Both the position numbers and the translations under genes were made by a program. The notes beneath the pieces were generated by a model. The model saw only the letters and a list, made by a program, of their open reading frames with translations. It searched no databases and was not told the origin of the DNA. This document shows positions 48,943 through 57,056 of a DNA stretch of 64,000 nt, in pieces (the first letter of the stretch is position 1; each line of letters begins with the position of its first letter). Location of the stretch: positions 10,986 to 74,985 of IMG/VR virus record IMGVR_UViG_3300032312_000788; one strand, written 5' to 3'. The stretch is from a virus. Its lineage: Duplodnaviria; Heunggongvirae; Uroviricota; Caudoviricetes.

Positions 48943-49590
48943 ATGGATATAAAAATTTCACAATTTCCAACTTTATCTACCGCTCCTTATGGTGGATTTG
49001 CTCCGATTGTTCAGAATGATGAGAATTATATTATTCCGATCAGCGCATTCACTAATAATGTAACATTCGGAGATATTATCGATTTGATTTCAAGTGATCC
49101 AGATGCAGTCAAAGATGCTTTAGAGCTGAACGTATCAGAAGATGAAATATTCGAAAATGTAGACTTTATAACATCGACAGTTGCACCCTCATCTTATACA
49201 GATTTATACGACTTAAATTTATCTGTTGGTGTTTGGAAGATAAATGCTGTATTTAATATGAAAACCACAGCATTGAGTGGAACCACACCTGTCACTAGGA
49301 GTAGATTTAGTGTGATTTCTGGAAACGCATTAGCGACTGGACAAAGGAAAATATGCCCACATCAAGGAACGATGACGAATTATACCTATATAGATATAAC
49401 AAATGTGAATAATGATTTATCAATTAGCCCAATAAATGTATCTCCTAACTTTGGATTAGGTAGTCATGAATTCGATTTAATTGTTGTGGTGACATTCCCA
49501 GCAGTTATTAGATGGAGTGTGTCACATACAGCAACTCCATCCGCCCCCACAATAGGAAAATTTGTATTAGAATCTAAAAAGAAAATATAA
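48943..49590 (+). CDS. Tail-associated protein
   Basis: TAAATA-N5-ATG; IKISQFP N-terminus similar to that of 40256-41209. Confidence 0.6.
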   Translation: MDIKISQFPTLSTAPYGGFAPIVQNDENYIIPISAFTNNVTFGDIIDLISSDPDAVKDALELNVSEDEIFENVDFITSTVAPSSYTDLYDLNLSVGVWKINAVFNMKTTALSGTTPVTRSRFSVISGNALATGQRKICPHQGTMTNYTYIDITNVNNDLSISPINVSPNFGLGSHEFDLIVVVTFPAVIRWSVSHTATPSAPTIGKFVLESKKKI

Positions 49591-49592
49591 TA

Positions 49593-49916
49593 ATGAGAAC
49601 CACACTACACCCTACACAAAATTTAAGACATGTTATACGTTTACGTTATTCTAATGGAAATACTGTAAATTTAAGTTCTTCACAAATCAAAGGTTCTATA
49701 GTAAGAGAATTGGGTGGTGGAGAGATAATACCTCTGATAATAGAAAATATCAATCTAAATTCGGGGGAATTTGCTCTAAGCGCAAATCGAACTAGTTTAT
49801 CCTCGTTAATCCCCGGAACATCTTACTACTATGATGCGTTGATTATACATCCAGAATTTACGACACATACGGATACTTTCAAATTAGTCATAAACGCTAC
49901 AGCTACACAATTGTAA
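49593..49916 (+). CDS. BppU N-terminal-like adaptor domain protein
   Basis: VNLS..QIKG.IVR...GEF.LS...TS.L......YYDALI pattern. Confidence 0.55.
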   Translation: MRTTLHPTQNLRHVIRLRYSNGNTVNLSSSQIKGSIVRELGGGEIIPLIIENINLNSGEFALSANRTSLSSLIPGTSYYYDALIIHPEFTTHTDTFKLVINATATQL

Positions 49917-51676
49917 TGGATAGTATTTCTAGATCTTATTCTATTTTTAAAATACCAAATGATACATTACTTTTGGGTGATGTACAATACATCAATACAA
50001 ACACGTCATATAATATATGTAATATAAAGGAAGAAACGATAAACATGTCGTCTATAGTGATTATAGATCAAGATTTGACGAGTTTATTGATTAGTCCTAA
50101 TTTATGGACTAAATCAGATAGTGTTATTTCTAATTTTCTTTTAGAGGGTCAAAAACTACCGAACATAATTCTGGAATTGGAAGGGACTATTACACTTGAT
50201 AACGATCAAACGCTGATACTGGATGATGATAGTGTGTTACAATTAACACATAACAATCCATTGATTTCTATAATAGGTAAAAATGTTCGAATATATGGGG
50301 GGGAAATGAGAGGAACTTGGGATATGCTTAGACAAGGCCAACCCAATTACACACCAGCTTTGTGTGGGGTATATTACGATGCTGTGAATACAGCATCGTT
50401 GATAACAGTTAGAACTCCAGATTGGTCTGGTTTGAATATAAAAGGGACTAAATTTACTAGATCAAGATACTCAGCCATATCATTATTTTCTAAAACAGCG
50501 AATCAATTACAATCAATCACAGGAGGTAGTATAGAAGATTGTATATTCGATGAAAATATTTTTCATATTGAAATGTTAGATGGGTTTCGTGGAGATGATT
50601 CATATATCGAAAATATGCAATTCAAAAATTGTATTTTCGACACAAATGCTCAAGGGGATTTTAATATAAGAGCCGTATATATACAAGCAGCTTATAATCA
50701 TATTGGATGTGGAGTTGCTTTATGGAATACAACATTTGAAGATTGTGTATTTCGTAACGGTGGAAGAATGGGGATAGAATCTTGGAGCAGTTACGCAAAA
50801 CATCCAGATGCTTCCGCTCGTGGAACATACAATTTATCGATGATAAATTGCGAATTCAGAAATATATATTACAGAGCATTTTCTGTTGGTTGGGGCGAAA
50901 ATTTTCTTTTTGAAAATTGTTCATTTATACAAGACGATTATATGGATGATGGTCGCCCTTTGGGTGAAGGTGGTGGTTTAGAATTAAGTCCTGTAAAAAA
51001 TGTAACCATACGAGGGTGTACTGGTAGAGGATTTGGTATCGGTATTGTAGGAGGGACTGGTAATTGGCTTATAGAAAACAATGATTTAGATGAACACCCA
51101 ACCCAACCTGGTTTAGGTTCATTAATTGGAATTGCTGGGTCTAACCAAACATGGGATCTTTCTTCATCTTTTGAACATAAATTAGACGCTAATACTAATC
51201 TAATAATTAGAAATAACACGATAAGATCCAATGTAACCCATCATGACCCAGCTTGGATAACGGGTAATTTACTGGATGTGAATGGTGATTCGATATTCAC
51301 ACCAATATATCCCAGTTTGACATTTTCCTTATATAATGGTAAAAAAAGATGGATCAATAATTATACGAATGGTGGTGTAAAAAATGATTTACGTTGGAGT
51401 TCTGGTGTTTGGTATTATGTGATATACGATGATGACGGGGATTTATTCACCCCCGGAACTGTATTATTCTCAGCCCAAACAACCTCTAATGCTGATTATC
51501 CTTGGGGATTGACGTTTACCACAACTATTGGTTCTGGTGTTGTCGATATAGATTTTTGGTTCATGTATCCATTAGTTAAATTAACGACCACGAGTCACCT
51601 GTCATCTTTTTCTTATACAAATAATAATATAATACTAGGACCAAATGCAAACAAATTAGGTGAACAGATATCGTAA
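49916..51676 (+). CDS. Right-handed beta-helix protein (tailspike/depolymerase-like)
   Basis: Stacked IEDCIF, FKNCIF, FEDCVF, INCEF, FENCSF, IRGCT, IENND and IRNNT rungs. Confidence 0.75.
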   Translation: MDSISRSYSIFKIPNDTLLLGDVQYINTNTSYNICNIKEETINMSSIVIIDQDLTSLLISPNLWTKSDSVISNFLLEGQKLPNIILELEGTITLDNDQTLILDDDSVLQLTHNNPLISIIGKNVRIYGGEMRGTWDMLRQGQPNYTPALCGVYYDAVNTASLITVRTPDWSGLNIKGTKFTRSRYSAISLFSKTANQLQSITGGSIEDCIFDENIFHIEMLDGFRGDDSYIENMQFKNCIFDTNAQGDFNIRAVYIQAAYNHIGCGVALWNTTFEDCVFRNGGRMGIESWSSYAKHPDASARGTYNLSMINCEFRNIYYRAFSVGWGENFLFENCSFIQDDYMDDGRPLGEGGGLELSPVKNVTIRGCTGRGFGIGIVGGTGNWLIENNDLDEHPTQPGLGSLIGIAGSNQTWDLSSSFEHKLDANTNLIIRNNTIRSNVTHHDPAWITGNLLDVNGDSIFTPIYPSLTFSLYNGKKRWINNYTNGGVKNDLRWSSGVWYYVIYDDDGDLFTPGTVLFSAQTTSNADYPWGLTFTTTIGSGVVDIDFWFMYPLVKLTTTSHLSSFSYTNNNIILGPNANKLGEQIS

Positions 51677-51683
51677 GCGATTT

Positions 51684-51757
51684 CGGTAATACTTTATACG
51701 GTGAGCAATGTTGAAATGAATACATTTTAATAGTACTCGCCGTATAAAGTATTATCG
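51684..51757. repeat. 22-bp inverted repeat with 30-nt spacer at a convergent junction
   Basis: 51684-51705 pairs with 51736-51757; the two non-Watson-Crick positions are G-U pairs on the + strand. Confidence 0.9.
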
Positions 51758-52578
51758 TTTTTATTCATATCATATATTTTATTCTTAGAAATATCATCAG
51801 CATTTGATGAATAAACTTTATCATCAGCAGTTAAGGATGGGAACAATACAGACGATACTTTACCACTGAAGTCATTGTCATATACTTGATTATTACCAAT
51901 TTCTTCAGGTGAGTTGGTGGAGCCATCGTGTTCATAACGTTTTGCAGTTATTTTCCACACATAATGCCCAAGCATTGGATTTAACCCACCACTAACGTCT
52001 TGATCCAATACCTCTGTTATTCTGAATATTTTAGAACCTCTATTACCCGGACGATCACAACCCAAGGATGTAACTTCCATTAAATCATCAGATTTTGGCT
52101 CTATTCTTTGACCATTATCTCTGTAGAAATTAGAGGCGATTGTATCCACACTCATTTGATTATCATATTCATCATACACTGATAAACCTTCCTCGGTTTC
52201 CATGTATTGTATAAATGTGTCAGTAAATTTTTTAATAGATATATAAGCCGTGAGATCATCATTTGACTCCATACCCCACCTAGACAAAGATATAGATTCC
52301 TCCAATTCCAAATAAGCCTTTATAGTGAATGGACCAGAATACTCTTGTGTTGGATGTTCTCCATATAGCATATTCATTGCTGATAAATTGAATCCATTTA
52401 CATAATAATTAAATTCTACCCCATAGTTATTGATCATTTCATCAAAGCCACTTTTAAATATAGCTCTCTCAGCTTGAAAATTACTAGGATCTGCAAACCC
52501 TCCACATCGAGGATTGTATACGCCAGCAAATATGTTCGATGGTTCTAAACAAGATAAAGGTGTTGGAGGGCATCCCAT
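51727..52578 (-). CDS. gp14: Neck protein
   Basis: I..YGVEFNYY, LYGE, F.IKAY, WGMES.DDLT.YIS, PK.DDL, FRITEV, LGHYVWKITAKRYE; TAAATA-N5-ATG. Confidence 0.75.
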   Translation of the reverse strand: MGCPPTPLSCLEPSNIFAGVYNPRCGGFADPSNFQAERAIFKSGFDEMINNYGVEFNYYVNGFNLSAMNMLYGEHPTQEYSGPFTIKAYLELEESISLSRWGMESNDDLTAYISIKKFTDTFIQYMETEEGLSVYDEYDNQMSVDTIASNFYRDNGQRIEPKSDDLMEVTSLGCDRPGNRGSKIFRITEVLDQDVSGGLNPMLGHYVWKITAKRYEHDGSTNSPEEIGNNQVYDNDFSGKVSSVLFPSLTADDKVYSSNADDISKNKIYDMNKNDNTLYGEYY

Positions 52579-52582
52579 ACAC

Positions 52583-52993
52583 TTATTTAGCTGTTGCTGG
52601 AGAAGCTTTAATGACTCTACCCACGATCATACCTTTTTGATTCTTGTATACCTCGATATCAGCACCAGAATTTTTAACGTTTCTAAATACTGTCGGCAAT
52701 CTCATATTCATAGCATTCTTGATCCCAGCCTGTTCTAATTCTGGATAGGTTAGAATACTACCACCAATATTCAACTTCTCATTTTGTTTTTTATATGGAC
52801 CTACTGTATGAAGATTCTTTTTATCTAAAATGTTAGGATTTTTTCCATTATGAGCTTGTAATGATGGGGCTGGTGTGCCATCAGCTAAATTATGACGATA
52901 TTCTCTAAGCAATGCAGCATCTTCATTATCTTCATTATTTTTAGAGTCTTTAAGTATTTGAAAATGATTAAAAAATTCAACAAATGATTTCAT
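52583..52993 (-). CDS. Hypothetical protein, probable head-internal protein
   Basis: MKSFVEFF N-terminus resembling the T4 IP capsid-targeting sequence; ALLRE|Y. Confidence 0.65.
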   Translation of the reverse strand: MKSFVEFFNHFQILKDSKNNEDNEDAALLREYRHNLADGTPAPSLQAHNGKNPNILDKKNLHTVGPYKKQNEKLNIGGSILTYPELEQAGIKNAMNMRLPTVFRNVKNSGADIEVYKNQKGMIVGRVIKASPATAK

Positions 52994-53011
52994 AGTATTA
53001 TTTTAAGTTAA

Positions 53012-54157
53012 TTAAATCTGAATTTCTTTCCAAGAGTGATCAATTTCCTTGGGCTTATTCTCTTTCACTGATACAGGAACTAAGGTTTTGCTAATGTTTT
53101 CAATTTCTTTTTGTATTTTGCTTTTCGCTGAATTAAAAATCGATGATAATTTATTAATGTCTTTAGAATCGTAAGCTTTAAACAATTCTCTTAGAGTTTC
53201 GCTGGAACCGTCTAATTTCCATTGAACAAAATCATAAAATTCATCGAAGTCTGATGGATCTCCTCTTTCCATAGCCGAAATGATAGTTTTTAATTTTCTG
53301 TCAATATATTCCAAATTTTGACGATGTTCAGACATTTGAGTTGATTGTTTGATTCTAATATCTATTAATTTATCAATATTATCAATTTTAAGTTTTTTCA
53401 TAATTTTTGAGATGATTCTTTTTGCTTGAATTGCAAATTTATCATGTTCTCTTCTTAGATAATTCCCATAATCAGCGGATAATGTCATTTTTGAATCGTA
53501 TCTACTGTAATCCCTATCCACATCTTTCAATTCTGCTAAGAATTTTACAATTTTTCTAATATTTTTTCTTTTATAATCATTTTTCCATTTGTATATTGTT
53601 TGCTGTTCGATATTTGATAAATTTATGATATCATCAATAGATGATTCTGGATTTTTGTTTTGAATGAAATCATTATAACTAGAAAAATATATCATAGCTA
53701 TCCCCAATTTCTTAGCATATTCTTCAACCCTTTTTATATAATGGGCATATGAATGACCATAATCGGGCGATATCCAACAATATATACCCATAATATATTT
53801 TCTAGCGTTCGGTATAACTGGAGAAGAAGAATATATACGATCTTCCATTTCATTGGTTTCTTTGGAACGATCTTTGAGTCCACTTCCCGCCCAATAATCA
53901 ATCGGTTTTCCTTTAAATTTTTGATTTAATAAAGATCCATTGAGTTTGAACATGATACCTGTTGGACTTTTGGAGTATGATCCCGTTTTGCTTCTAGCAG
54001 TCGATAAATAAAAAGGTTTTCCAGATTTTGTTGAATCCGGTCCAGTTTCAGTTCCAAGAGAAAATTTATTAGTTTTCAGAATTTCCAAGGGGCTATTCGA
54101 AATATGCCAGACTATATCTGACACAGATTCATAAAAAAAATCGACAAATGGCTTCAC
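53012..54157 (-). CDS. Putative ADP-ribosyltransferase-fold protein, probable head cargo
   Basis: TAAATA-N6-GTG; MKPFVDFFYE|S leader; VWH / YLSTARS / NEMEDR in the H-S-ExE order of ART folds. Confidence 0.55.
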   Translation of the reverse strand: MKPFVDFFYESVSDIVWHISNSPLEILKTNKFSLGTETGPDSTKSGKPFYLSTARSKTGSYSKSPTGIMFKLNGSLLNQKFKGKPIDYWAGSGLKDRSKETNEMEDRIYSSSPVIPNARKYIMGIYCWISPDYGHSYAHYIKRVEEYAKKLGIAMIYFSSYNDFIQNKNPESSIDDIINLSNIEQQTIYKWKNDYKRKNIRKIVKFLAELKDVDRDYSRYDSKMTLSADYGNYLRREHDKFAIQAKRIISKIMKKLKIDNIDKLIDIRIKQSTQMSEHRQNLEYIDRKLKTIISAMERGDPSDFDEFYDFVQWKLDGSSETLRELFKAYDSKDINKLSSIFNSAKSKIQKEIENISKTLVPVSVKENKPKEIDHSWKEIQI

Positions 54158-54171
54158 TTACAATATTTAAC

Positions 54172-54196
54172 AAAAAAGCCTGCGATTAAGCAGGCT
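54172..54196 (-). terminator. Intrinsic terminator
   Basis: AGCCTGC/GCAGGCT stem with 6-nt loop, followed by U6 on the - strand, downstream of 54229-55212. Confidence 0.85.
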
Positions 54197-54228
54197 CAAT
54201 TGATTGTTGATTTTTTTATAATTTAAGA

Positions 54229-54810
54229 TTAACGGAAGTAATCTTGTTTAGCCTTTAAAGTTGATTTAGGAACCTGATTATTGTGACCCATAAGGGCTGT
54301 AATTGGAGGAGCACTATGAGTTGTCTTAGTGTCATCAGTTACATCTGTCTTGGCTTTATTACCACCCTTTGGGTTAGCTCTTCCACCAACCTTATTAGAT
54401 TTAGCTTGGAATGCTGCTTTCTTATCTGGAGCAGGCTTAGTGCCTTGGGTTTCTTCGTCTTCTTCGAAATCCATATCATCATCTTCACCACCGAAATCCA
54501 TATCATCATCTTCATCACCGAAGTCAAGATCATCATCTTCACCACCGAATTCATCACCACCTTCTTCATCTCCAAGAGCACCTTGAAGAACATCGATTAG
54601 GCTTTGTGCCATTGCGCGATCTAAAGTAAAGGTAACAGAATCTTCTTCACCACCAAAGTCGTCTTCTTCACCACCAAAGTCGTCTTCCATATCGGAGTCT
54701 GGTGTTGCATCATCAAGACCAAGGGCATCGAGATCATCTCCTTCGTTAGGTTGACCGAAATTTTCTTTAAGAACCTTATTAAACAATTTATCAAAAGCTG
54801 ATTTGCTCAT
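54229..54810 (-). CDS. Nested in-frame short isoform (193 aa)
   Basis: Internal CTAAATA(54816-54822)-N5-ATG in frame; begins MSKSAFDKLFNKVLKE|N. Confidence 0.6.
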   Translation of the reverse strand: MSKSAFDKLFNKVLKENFGQPNEGDDLDALGLDDATPDSDMEDDFGGEEDDFGGEEDSVTFTLDRAMAQSLIDVLQGALGDEEGGDEFGGEDDDLDFGDEDDDMDFGGEDDDMDFEEDEETQGTKPAPDKKAAFQAKSNKVGGRANPKGGNKAKTDVTDDTKTTHSAPPITALMGHNNQVPKSTLKAKQDYFR

Positions 54811-55212
54811 ATGCTTATTTAGCCTGTCGGTTGCAATTTTTTTAGATTCTTGAATTTCTTCTGACTCAGATCTCTCCAAACCACTTTCTATATTCTTTAA
54901 AGATTTTTTTATTGACGATTTATCTTTAGCTGAAATATTTGGATTCTTCAATTTTTCCTTTAATTTATCTGCACTCTTCGAGATCTTAGATTTGGGTAGA
55001 TATTTGGACACATCATCGTTTTCCTCATCCTCCTCAGCTGCTTTATTCTCTGCTTTATTGTATCCATCAGCAGATTCGGGACCATCTTTTTGTTTTTTAT
55101 TACGGAATTCACCATCGAAGGTTTTCGGAGTCTTAGATTCCTTAATTGTGTGAACAGAATTCAACATTTTTCCATAAATATCACCTAAAGATACAGAGTC
55201 TTTTTGTTTCAT
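54229..55212 (-). CDS. Putative prohead core/internal head protein (long isoform)
   Basis: TAAATA-N5-ATG; TIKE|S, IQE|S and VLKE|N candidate cleavage sites; long D/E/G-rich tract; divergent from terminase. Confidence 0.7.
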   Translation of the reverse strand: MKQKDSVSLGDIYGKMLNSVHTIKESKTPKTFDGEFRNKKQKDGPESADGYNKAENKAAEEDEENDDVSKYLPKSKISKSADKLKEKLKNPNISAKDKSSIKKSLKNIESGLERSESEEIQESKKIATDRLNKHMSKSAFDKLFNKVLKENFGQPNEGDDLDALGLDDATPDSDMEDDFGGEEDDFGGEEDSVTFTLDRAMAQSLIDVLQGALGDEEGGDEFGGEDDDLDFGDEDDDMDFGGEDDDMDFEEDEETQGTKPAPDKKAAFQAKSNKVGGRANPKGGNKAKTDVTDDTKTTHSAPPITALMGHNNQVPKSTLKAKQDYFR

Positions 55213-55217
55213 ATAGT

Positions 55218-55233
55218 TATTTAGTCTTAAATA
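55218..55233. promoter_or_regulatory. Back-to-back divergent late promoters
   Basis: TATTTA-GTCT-TAAATA; starts 5 nt (55212, - strand) and 6 nt (55240, + strand) away. Confidence 0.75.
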
Positions 55234-55239
55234 TGTAAT

Positions 55240-57048
55240 ATGCCTAGACTATCTAAAATTAAAGAGCCTAAATTATCTAAGAAGGAGATGTATCTTGGTA
55301 ATCCAAACTTACCATCCCAAGATGTTAAATTCGAGTATACCACGGAGCAGGCTGAAGAAGTGGAAAAATGTATGAATGATATGAGCTATTTCGCTGAAAA
55401 TTATTTCTACATTATCACAGATGAGGGGAAGGAATTGATTCCGTTATATCCATATCAGAGAAGATTGATAGAAGCTTGTAAAAATCACAGATTTAATATA
55501 GTTTTAAGCTCAAGACAGAGTGGGAAAACTACGAATTTAACAATCTTAGCATTATTTGAAGCGTGTTTTAAAGACTATAAAAATATTATTATAGTCGCAA
55601 ACAAAGAAGATACAGCTAAGATGATTTTTAAACGTGTAAAGATGGCATATGAAGCACTACCAATTTGGTTGAAGCCGGGTGTTAAATCTTGGGGTCAGAC
55701 GAGTTTAGAATTAGCTAATGGTAGTTATATAGGAATCTCCACCACCACCGGATCAGCAGCTCGGGGACAAACCATTCACGTTTTATTGCTGGATGAGCTT
55801 GCGTTCATTGAACCAGATTCTATAGTAGAAGATTTTATGAGATCGGTTCTTCCAACAATTTCTAGATCTAAAAAATCAAAAATTTTGATAACATCGACAC
55901 CTAGAGGGACAAACAATGTCTTTTATAAAATGTATACTGCTGCTACAAAAAAAGGAACAGATGATTGGAATGGATTTAATTATGAAAGAGTTGATTGGAG
56001 AGAGTTACCTGATCGTGATGAAGAGTGGAGAAAACAAGAAATAGCCAAACTAGGCTCTATTGAAGCATTTAATCAAGAATACGATTGCGAATTCCTTGAG
56101 GATGGATCATCCGCAATCGATGCGACATTATTCGATGAATTAAAACGGAGTTGCACTGAACCCAAGCATTTACTAGATGATGGTCACTATAAAATTTGGG
56201 AAGATCCAGATCCATCGAGATTATATGTAGCGGGTGTTGATGTATCTGAAGGAGTTGGTGGGGATGCATCTGTAATTCAGATGCTAGACATTACTGATCT
56301 CAAAGATATCAGACAAGTTGCTGAATATCATAGTAATACTATAGCCCCAGCAGAATTTTCTAATAAATTACATGATATTCTCCTAAATTGGGGAAGTCCA
56401 TTAGTTTTAATTGAAAGAAATAACCAAGGTGGTCAAGTTTGTGATAGATTAGCAATGGATTTTGCTTACGAGAAGGTTGTGTCATGGGGTGCGAAGCAAG
56501 CTCACAAAAATCAACAGTTTGGAGTATTATCTCATACCAATACTAAACATGCTGCTATTTTAAATCAGAGATATTTCATTAATGAAATCAGAAACGTAAC
56601 ATTCAGATCTATCCATACCTTGAATGAATTCAAAACATTTATTAGATATCCAAACGCTACATGGAAAGCTAAAGGTGGTGAACATGATGACCGTGTTATG
56701 GCATTTGTTTGGGCTTTGATGATTTTACATCGAGAAATCACACAAATGTATTTCGAAATCGATGAAGAAGATGATTATGGTAAACCCGCTAAGATAACTC
56801 CATATAATTACGGTATAAAGATGTTTGAAAATCCAACATCTATCTATACAAATGAACAAGTTGATAAAATCGAGAATTCTAATCTATCTCCAATGGCTTT
56901 TGGTGCATTTGGAGAAGCTGATGATGAAATGGCTGGATTATTTGCTGAAGGCTGGATGCCTCTGAATGGAGCAATGCCTTATGTGGACCCATCTAGATCT
57001 TATAGTCAGGATAGATATGATGCTATGGAGAGAGTGATGCAATGGTAA
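55240..57048 (+). CDS. gp17: Terminase large subunit
   Basis: YQ..LI, Walker A SRQSGKT, RG, Walker B LLLDELAF, TSTP.G, nuclease GVDVSEG and HDDRVMA. Confidence 0.96.
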   Translation: MPRLSKIKEPKLSKKEMYLGNPNLPSQDVKFEYTTEQAEEVEKCMNDMSYFAENYFYIITDEGKELIPLYPYQRRLIEACKNHRFNIVLSSRQSGKTTNLTILALFEACFKDYKNIIIVANKEDTAKMIFKRVKMAYEALPIWLKPGVKSWGQTSLELANGSYIGISTTTGSAARGQTIHVLLLDELAFIEPDSIVEDFMRSVLPTISRSKKSKILITSTPRGTNNVFYKMYTAATKKGTDDWNGFNYERVDWRELPDRDEEWRKQEIAKLGSIEAFNQEYDCEFLEDGSSAIDATLFDELKRSCTEPKHLLDDGHYKIWEDPDPSRLYVAGVDVSEGVGGDASVIQMLDITDLKDIRQVAEYHSNTIAPAEFSNKLHDILLNWGSPLVLIERNNQGGQVCDRLAMDFAYEKVVSWGAKQAHKNQQFGVLSHTNTKHAAILNQRYFINEIRNVTFRSIHTLNEFKTFIRYPNATWKAKGGEHDDRVMAFVWALMILHREITQMYFEIDEEDDYGKPAKITPYNYGIKMFENPTSIYTNEQVDKIENSNLSPMAFGAFGEADDEMAGLFAEGWMPLNGAMPYVDPSRSYSQDRYDAMERVMQW

Positions 57049-57056
57049 ATATTACA

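Noticed and set aside
54283-54600. Ser-rich/Met-rich ORFs at 54283, 54329 and 54339
   Set aside because: Shadows of the low-complexity D/E tract in 54229-55212
4682-57048. Inteins or introns in gp43, UvsX, gp41, gp61 or gp17
   Set aside because: Lengths are ordinary, motifs are contiguous, and no C-terminal HN-(C/S/T) junction or LAGLIDADG block was seen
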